Shown here piece after piece: positions 1-9,016 of a DNA stretch of 64,000 bases. The stretch comes from Lama guanicoe (Eukaryota). Both the position numbers and the translations under genes were made by a program. The DNA lies in NCBI GenBank assembly GCA_013239625.1, contig MU055906.1, forward strand, positions 1-64,000, read 5' to 3'. Each line of letters begins with the position of its first letter. The first letter of the stretch is position 1. The notes under the pieces are model-generated. The model did not search any database, had not been told where the DNA came from, and worked only from the letters and a program-made list of their open reading frames with translations.

Positions 1-35
1 ACAGCTGCTGTTGACTCAGCTGAGATGAGGTGTCT

Positions 36-2247
36 TAATGTCATTTTGCAAGATGTACATTCAAAAATGGAGGGATAGCTCAGGCCAAACATGAAAATCC
101 CAGCTTTTGTCATCAATACCCAAGAAGGGAGTATCCCACGGCCCTTCTATTCCCAAAATGAAACGTGGAGCACGAATTTGTTTGAAGTGGACCAAAATTG
201 GAAGAGGAATGCTAGCAGCATTCTTTGCTTTTCCCCATGGATGCCTTCTGTTGACATTGCAAAATCTGGAGAAGCAGGGATACTGAGGCCGAACTTGTGA
301 AAAGGCCTTTCAAAGTACACATGGACAGTTCTGGCCAGCATGCAGTGCTCTACTAAAATCTTGAATCATGACAATTGGCCCAACCAGAAATTGTTTCCCT
401 AGAGTGAAAGATTCTAAAACCTGTCAAACATATTGCTTCCTATCTAGGAGATAGTCTCACAAGAATCTTTGTTTGGCCATTACTTCATACCAGCTAGAAT
501 GCATTCCAAGATGGCTGAAGTTGAGGAAGGAAAGTCAGGATGCAGTGAAATCTTATGGAAGATGAAGACAGGCTAGTACTCCAGAGACAAAACCTCATGT
601 TTGAAAAACTGGCAGATGACCGAAAACTTCCACATGTGCTCAAATCCAAGATGGGAACAGGTTTCCAAGACTAGGTGCAGCTAACACATATTGCTACATT
701 CTGTCCAGGTAGTCCTTTCAGCATGCAGAAATTTGCTCGATTCATATGTTCAGAGGGGGAGCTTCGAGAATTCACAGGGGGTATTAATACATGTCCTCAC
801 TCACAAGCCAGAAGTAGGATGGTCCTCAATACCACCACTTACATGATCCCAAAAAGGTAGAAGGGGATTTCACACACACACTCTACCCTCTAATGACAAA
901 TACCTACAAGATACATTGCGCAGCCACTCATCTTCAAGAGCCATTCTTTTGGCAATGTTTCCAAATTCGCAGGTGACATTCCTAAAGAGACTAGAAGAGG
1001 AGATGAAAAGAGCAGACTCAATGTGAGTATGTGAGAAGGCCTACCAGAACTTGGATTTTGGGTTGCATCCCCAACACAAAAATTCTCATCCTGACAACAC
1101 AGATGAAGTAAATTTTTTCACACTGAGTCTATTCCCAAGATGCATCTTCTGTGAACATTATGGTTAATCTGCCGGAATTTAGAAGACCCATTCAAACAAT
1201 CCTCTTTCCACTTTGCTTTTTATGCTGCATAACAGCAGGGTCTGCTGAGGGGCTGTTTGTGTTTCTATGATGAGTTGAAGCCAAGGTTGTTCAGGACAGG
1301 AACACAGGCTACTTAAGGAATCCATGGAAACTCAGGTCTCCCTTGAGACCTGGAAAGTTGCTCCATCTTTTCCGTTTGGTTCCTGAGTGGAAAGATTGTC
1401 TAAGAATAGGCACGAGAATCTGGGTAGTGAGAGATATTCTCCCACTTCTAACACCTCTCTTGGCATTCTGTCCAGGAATGTTTTCAAGCTGTGTTCCATT
1501 TGACAACTCATGACAAATTTGAGAGTAATTGTTTCAGAATCAGGTTATATTTTTCTTTCCAAATCACTGAAAGTGCACTTCCCATTACTGCCCAAGTATG
1601 AAATCATCCTTACACATTTCATTTCCAAAATAGTAGATGTTGGAATATTCCAGGCATGTAGCTGAAGATCACAGAAACTTTCCTGCAGATGGCTTGAGAC
1701 AGATTTTATCACTTTTCTAAAGACAGTTCAACATCTGTGAAAACCGTGATTCCATGTGCTGGAGAGGGCAAGGTTTTGGGGATCACTGAAATAGACCCAT
1801 TTCCCAATTGCCTAAATACTCTGTCTTGTAATGAAGTAGATGTGGTGAATTTTCTTCAAACGTGCCTTCTCCAAAATTCAGAAAGGTGAAGAGTATATTG
1901 AACCAAAGCATGACATATTCAGGGGGGAGTACACTCAAATCTATCTTCTTTTGTGTTTTTCACCCTACAGAAAATTTCAAGACAGCTGAAGTAAATTATC
2001 TGATTTTGGTGAAGAACTGGGACCTATAAAAATATACAGATAGGCTCACTTCCGTCCCTGAAAATCAATGTGACCCCATTGAGACAGTGAAATGAAAATT
2101 GGCCCACAGCCTATTCCTCCAACTAGGGACATTTCTGAAGGTGTATTTCACCTAAGGTAACAGGGAAGAGGGTTTTTTGCACCAATAACTCATCATTCCT
2201 AGTAGCTATCCAAACAGCTGCTGTTGCCTGTGCTGAAATGCAGTCCT
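36..2247. repeat. Cryptic internal ~245-bp subunit periodicity, nine subunits per monomer (shown for A1; applies to all monomers)
   Basis: A degenerate TTCCCAAGAGTGG-like anchor recurs at about 148, 391, 640, 885, 1127, 1376, 1618, 1864, 2112 (spacings 242-249). A second anchor (TCAGAAC...ATAGGCT...CC...CACA.AAA) recurs with the same period. Confidence 0.8.
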
Positions 2248-4488
2248 TAATATCACCTTCCCAGATGTACCTTCATAACATGCAGGATCCTCATACCAAA
2301 CATGGAAATCCCTGCTTTTTTCTTCAATTCCCATGAAGGGAATTCCCAAGTCTCTTCTGTTCGCCAAAAGAACCATATGTGAAGCATTTGTGTGTAGCTG
2401 ATTTAAACAGAAAATGTATTTTTAAACACATTCTTTGCACCTTTCCTTGGATTCTCTCTGTTGATAGTGAAGTACAAGAAGAAGCTGATATCCTAAGGAT
2501 GAATTTGAACAGAAGCCCCTCACAGTACAGATGGACCAGTGTTCCCCTTAGGCGAAATTCTGTGCTTCCAAATTCTGGGATAAGTTGAACTTAACCTCTC
2601 CCTAAGTGTATTCCATATTTGTAAGATTTTAAAATCTGAGGTGCACAGAACCTCCTATCTAGGTGATATTTTCACTCGAGTTTTGATATCGCTGTAAACT
2701 GATGTGAATGAGAATGCATTCGAATATTGCTGAAGTTGAGGAATGAAAGGCAGGTTGCAGTGTAATCTTACAGAATATGGTGATGTACTCATGTGCCAAA
2801 GGGAGAAGCCATGTATTTGAAAAGTGGCAGAAGACCGAAAACATCCTCATGTTTGAGACAAATTTGGGAAAGGAAGGGGTGTGTGAAATTCCCTTCTTTT
2901 GAATTAGTGGCAAAAGTAAGACTGGGTTCATTTAACAAGAAGTGCTTTCTTCTGTCCAAGTAGTCCTTTCAGCAAGGGGAAGAATGCTTGATCAACATGT
3001 TCAGTGAGGTTAACATAGAGATTTCAGTGGGTGTTTGAATGCCTAGCCTGAATCACAAGTAAGACACGGGATTGTTTCTCAATCACTCAAAACTGGGGAT
3101 CCAAACAAGGCAGAAGGAAGTTTCCCACACACAATTTTTCCTCTAGTGACAAAAAGCAGCAAGATGCATTGCACAGCATCTCTTCCTCAAGAGATAACCC
3201 GCTGGCAATATTTACAACTTGGCTGGCAACTGCTGAAGGCATCAGAAGCAGAGATGAGGTGAGCTAACTTACTGCAAAAGTGTGAGAAGGCATATCAGAG
3301 ATCAAAGATATGCTTGCTTCCCAACAACACAAACACTCCATTATCATGACAGCACAGATGAGGGAAATTGTCTGAAATCATTGTATTCTCAGTATGAGTC
3401 AAGTGCCAAAGTTTGGGTGGATGTGAGTGAAAATACAAAAACCATTCAATCATCCTTTCATCTTCATTCGGATGCTTCCATTTAGCAGTGACAAGTGAGG
3501 GGCTGTGGTTTTTCCAAAGAGGAGCTCACGCCAAGGTCTTTGAGGGAAGGAACATAGATTAATTTGAGAAACCATGTAACTCAGTGATCACAATGAGGCC
3601 CGTGTATTTGGTGAATATTTTCCACTTGATTCCAGGGTGGGACAGTTGTCTATGATTCAGAACAATAAGCTGCATAGGAAGAGATATTGTTCCACTTCTG
3701 CCACCGTAGTTGCCATGCTGTCAAAGAACGGTTTCATGCTGGGTTCAATTAGACATCTCAAGATCATGTTGAGGGAAAATGTTTCAAAACCTAGACATAG
3801 GCTTCTTTCTCATTCATAGAAACCAATTTTTCCCAAAAAGCCACAAGGCAGAAATCATTCTTACTCGATTCATTTTGAGCAACAAACATTCTGGAAGGTC
3901 CCGGGCATGGAGAAGAATGTTGTTGACACTCTCCTACAAATTGCTTTCCACATTCTCTCTCTATTTCATAAAGTTAGTTTAACATAAGAGAAAACTGTGT
4001 TTCCATGTGAAATACAAGCCAAGACCAACTGAGAAACTGACACACAGCCTTTTCCAAACTGTCAGAAACTTCTGGCTTGCAAACAATGTGATGGAGAGAA
4101 TTTCCTTCAAAAAGGCCTTATCCAAGATTGAGAATTGTTATAGGATTTATTGAACCCAAGCAGTCATTTAGGAGAGATTACCTTCCAAGCTGTTTTCTTT
4201 CTTGCTATTTTTCCTACAGAAATCTTCATAATGGCTGAAGAGAAATATCTATGCACAGAAGCCTTTCCAAATTTAAAAATGGGCTCACATCCATCCTTGA
4301 AGATCAATGTGTCCCCAAAAAGGTGATGCAATGAAAACTGGCCCACATTGTATTCCTCAAAACAGGGAAGTTACTGAAGGTGAATTTCACCTGAACTAAT
4401 GCTGAAGAGGAGTTCTCTGCACCAAAAAGTCAGCATTCTTCATAGTTTTCAAAAGTGCTGCTGTTGACTCTGCTGAGATGAGGTGTCT
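36..4488. repeat. AB unit: A1 (36-2247) + B1 (2248-4488)
   Basis: A landmark at 36, B landmark at 2248, next A at 4489. Unit phase is set arbitrarily by the landmark. Confidence 0.93.
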
Positions 4489-7400
4489 TAGTGTCACTTT
4501 GCCAGGTGTACCTTCAAAACGAGGAGGGATAGCTCAGGCCAAACATGAAAATCTCTGCATTTGCCATCAATTCCCAAGAAGGGAGTATCCCATGGTCTTT
4601 CTGTTCCCAAAATGAAATGCAGGGCAAGCATTCTTTTGAAGGGTACCTAAATTTCAAGAGAATTCTTAGCAGCATTCTCTGCTTATTCCATTGAATTCTG
4701 TGGGCATTGCAATATCTGGAGAAGCTGGAGTTCTGAGGCCGAAGTTATGAAGAGGCCTTTCCAAATACACATGGAGAATACCGGCCAGCATGCTGTGCTC
4801 TACCAAAATCTTAGATCATGTCAACTCGTATGACCCCGAATTGTTTCCCAAGAGTGAAAGATTCAAAAACATGTGGAATACAGGGCATCCTATCTAGGTG
4901 ATACTCTCACAAGTATCTTTATCTTGCAATAACTTCATGCCAGCTAGAATGCATTTCAAGATGGCTGAAGTTAAGGAAGGAAAGTCAAGTCGCAGTATAA
5001 TCTTACAGAACATGAAGACAGGCTCATACTCCAAAGACAAATTCCTCACATTTGAAAACTGACAGAATTCTGACAACTTCCACGTGTGCTGAATTCCAAG
5101 TTGGGAACGGTTTCCAAGACTTGGTGCAGCTAACAAAATATACTTCATTCTGTCCAAGTAGTCCTTTCAACATGTGGAAATTAGCACGATGAAGACGTTC
5201 ACTGGGGGAAATTTGAGAATTCACAGGGGGTTTTAATGTATGGCCTCACTCAAAATTTAGATGTAGAACAGCCCTCAATCCCACCACTTACATGATCCCA
5301 ACAAGGCAGGGAGGTTTCCCACACACACTCTTTCCTCTAGTGGCAAATACCTACAAGATGCATTGCACAGACCCTCATTTTCAAGCAACATTCTGTCGAC
5401 AAACTTTCCAACATCGCAGGTGACACACCTAAAGACACTACAAGAGGAGATGAAGGAACATGACTCAACGTAACTGTGTGAGAAGGCCCATCAGAACTTG
5501 TATTTTGGCTCAATATCCCAACACAAAAATTCTCTTATCCTGACAATGAAGATGAAGGAAATGTTTTTGCACTCATTGTATTCTCAAGGTGCATCATCTG
5601 TGAACGTTAGGTTTGACCTGAAGGATATTAGAAGACCATTCCAACAATCCCCTTTCTAAGTTGCTTTGAATGCTTCATAACAGCTGGGTCACCTGAGGGG
5701 CTGTCTGTGTTTAACATCCTTTTCACCTTGCTTAGAATGCTTTGTAACAGCTGGGACTGCTGAGGGGCTGTTTGTGTTTCTATTATGAGTTGGAGACATG
5801 GCCATTCAGGACAGGAACAAAGGATATGAAGAGAAATGGTGGAAACTCATGGTACCCCTGAGGCCTGTGAATGTTGCTCCACATTTTCCATTGGGTTCCT
5901 AGATTGGGATGATTGTCTAATATTCGGCACAAGAGGCTGGGTAAGGAGAAATTATCCCCACTTCTATCATCTCTCTTGGCATGCTGTCCAGGAACATTTT
6001 CAAGCTGGGTTCCATTTGATATCTCGAGACAATGTTGAAAGACATTATTTCAGAACAAAGATATAGGTTTCTTTCCATTCACAGAAATTGTTTTTCCCAT
6101 GATGGCACAAGGAAGAAATCATCCTTACCCGCTACATTTCCATAAGGAATCATGATGGAAAATTACTTGCATGTAGCAAAAGGTCACAGAGACTTTCCTG
6201 CAAAAGTTTGACACACATTTTCTCACTTTGTAAAGACTGTCCAACATCTGAGGAAACCGTGATTCCATGTGCAATAGAGGCCAAAATTTTGTGGACCACT
6301 GAAATAGACCCATTTCACAAATGGCTAATCACTCTGTCTTGCATTGAAGGAGAGGGAGCAAATTTTCTTCAAATGTGCCTTCCCCAAATTGAGAATTGTT
6401 ACAGGATATATTGAACCTAAGCAACACTCGTTCATGATGGAGTACACTCAGAGCTGTCTCCTTTTGTGCTACTCTTCCAACAGGAATTTCATGAGCTGAT
6501 GTAAATTACCAGTGTTTGTTGAAGAAAAGAGGCCTATGAGAAGGTACAGATGAGCTCACTTCCATCCCTGAAAATCAATGTGTCCCTGAAAAGGCAGTGA
6601 ATTAAAAATTGTCCCAAACTGTATTCCTCCAAGTAGTGACTTTTCTGAAGGTGAATTTCACCTAAATTAACACTGAAGAGGATTCCTTTGCACCAATAAC
6701 TCATCATTCCTAATAGCTTTCCAAACAGCTGCTGTTGGCTTAGCTGAAATATAATCCTTAATGTCACCTTCCCAGATTTACCTTCATTACATGCAGGGAA
6801 CCACAGGCCAAACATGGATATCCTTGCTTTTATCATGAATTCCCAAGAAAGGAATTTCACAAGTCCCTTCTTTTCCCCAAAATAACCAAATGGGAAGCAT
6901 TTGTGCGCAGCTGATATGAACTGAAGGTGACAATCTAAAGAGCATTCTTTGCACCTTTCCTTGGATTATCACTGTGGACTTTGAAGATCAAAGAAAAGCT
7001 GATGTACTAAGGATGAACTTGAGCAGAAGCCTCCTAGAGTACATACGGACCATTCTCCCCCTAAGGTATAACTCTGCATGTCAAAGTCTGGGATAAAGTC
7101 AACTTAACCTCTCCCCAAGTGTATTACATATTTGCAAGATTTTAAAATCTGAGGCACACAAAGCGTCCTAACTATGAGACGTTTTCACAAGATTTTTGGT
7201 CTCAATATCAACTGATGCTAACCAGAATGCAATTGAAGTTGGCTGAAGTTGAGGATTGAAATGCAGGTTGAATGAAATCTTATACAACATGGTGATAGGC
7301 TCATGTGCCAAAGAGAGGAGCCAAATATTCAAAAAATGGCAGAAGGCTGAAAACTACCTCATGTGTTTGTGCCTAAAGTGAGAGAAGAAGGGCTGTGGGA

Positions 7401-9016
7401 GATTCCCTTCTTGTGAATTAGTGGCAAAAGTAAGACTGGATGCATCTAACATGAACTTCTTTCTCCTGTCCATGTAGTCCTTTCAGCAAGTGGAAGTTTG
7501 CTCGATTGACACGTTCAGTGAGGTGAACATGGTGATTTTACTGGCAGTTTCCATGCACGGCCTCAATCACTAGTAAGACAAAGGATAGCATCTCAATCCC
7601 CCAAACTTGGTGATCCCTACAGGGCAGAAGGAAGTTACCCACACACAATATTTCCTCTAGAGACAAAAACCAACAAAATGTATTGCAAAGCACTTTTTCC
7701 TCAAGAGACAATCTGTTGGCAATGTTTCCAACATCACAGAAAATTGCCTAAAGACAACCAAGGCAGAGATGAAGTGACCTACCTCACTGTGAGAGTGTGA
7801 GAAATACTATCAGAGCTCTTAGTTATGCTTGCTTCCCAACAACACAAACACTCCATTATCACAACAATACAAATGAGGGATATTGATCGCATTCATTGTA
7901 TTCCCAGTATGAATCAAGTGCCAAAGTTTAGGTTGATGTGAGTCAAATTACAAGACCATTCAAACAATCTTCTTGGCACCTTCATTTGGGTGATTCCAGT
8001 AAGCAGTTTCAAGTGGGGGCTGTGTCTGTTGCAAAGAGGAGCTTTGGCCCTGTTCGGTCAGTGAAGGAACGTAGATTACTTTGGGAAACCGTGGAACTCA
8101 GAGTCACGACGCGGCCCGTGAAACTGTTGCTTATTTTCCACTTGACTCCCAGGGTGGGATGATTGTCTTATATTCGAACCAATAAGCTGCTTAGGAAGAG
8201 ATCTTCTCCCACTTCTGCCACTGTTGTTGGCATGCTTTCAAGGAATGGTTTCAAGCTGGGTTCAATTTGTCAACTCAAGATCATGTTTAGAGAAACTTCT
8301 TCAGAACTGACACATGAGCTTCTTTCCCATTCAAAGAAACTGATTTTTCCCAAAAATGCACAAGACAGAAGTCATCCTTACATGTTTCATTTTGAGTGGC
8401 TAACATGTTGGGAGATCCCATGCATGAAGCCGAAATTTGTAGAGACTGTCCTGCAAATGGCTTTCCACATTCCCTCTCTCTTTCATAAAGCTAGTTCAAA
8501 ATAAGGAAAAAACTGTGATTCCATGTGAAATAGGAGCCAAGACCTTGTGGTACACTGTTACACAGCCATTTCCCAACTGCCAGAATTCTCTGAATTGCAA
8601 CCAAGTTGATGGAGTGAATTCCTTTCAAGCATGCCTTATCCCAAGGTTAGAATGGTTATAGGGTATATTGAACCCAAGCAGTCATTTAGAAGAGGTTACC
8701 TTCCAAGATGTCTTCTTTTCTGCTATTCTTCCTACAGAAATCTTCATAATGGCAGAAGTGAAATATCTATGTAGGATGATGAAAAGAGGTGTTTCTGAAT
8801 ATGCAAATAGGTTCACTTGCGTCCCTGAAGATCAATGTGTCCCCAACAAGGCAGTGCAATGAAAACTGGCCCACATCATATTCCTCCAAATAGAGAAGTA
8901 ACAGAAGATGAAATTCACCTGAACTAATGCTAAGGAGGGGTTCTCTGCACCAAAAATCCAGCATTCCTCATAGATTTCATAAGAGCTGCTGTTGACTCAG
9001 CTGAGATAAGGTGACA
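4489..9016. repeat. AB unit: A2 (4489-6758, carries the 67-bp duplication) + B2 (6759-9016)
   Basis: Landmarks at 4489, 6759, 9017. Confidence 0.93.
5643..5779. repeat. 67-bp tandem duplication in A2
   Basis: TGCTTCATAACAGCTGGG at 5671 and TGCTTTGTAACAGCTGGG at 5738. Confidence 0.92.

Noticed and set aside
296-1048. C2H2 zinc-finger origin, suggested by TGTGAAAAGGCCTTT / TGTGAGAAGGCCTAT (CEKAF/CEKAY)
   Set aside because: There is no C-x2-C...H-x3-H spacing, no TGEKP linker and no demonstrable 84-bp period. The motif recurs at the 245/734-bp satellite period instead.
1290-1540. A still shorter ~82-bp or ~122-bp period inside the 245-bp subunit (TTCAG.ACA.GAA-like echoes)
   Set aside because: Spacings were inconsistent (about 60-125 bp). 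It cannot be supported by eye and would need autocorrelation on a subunit consensus.
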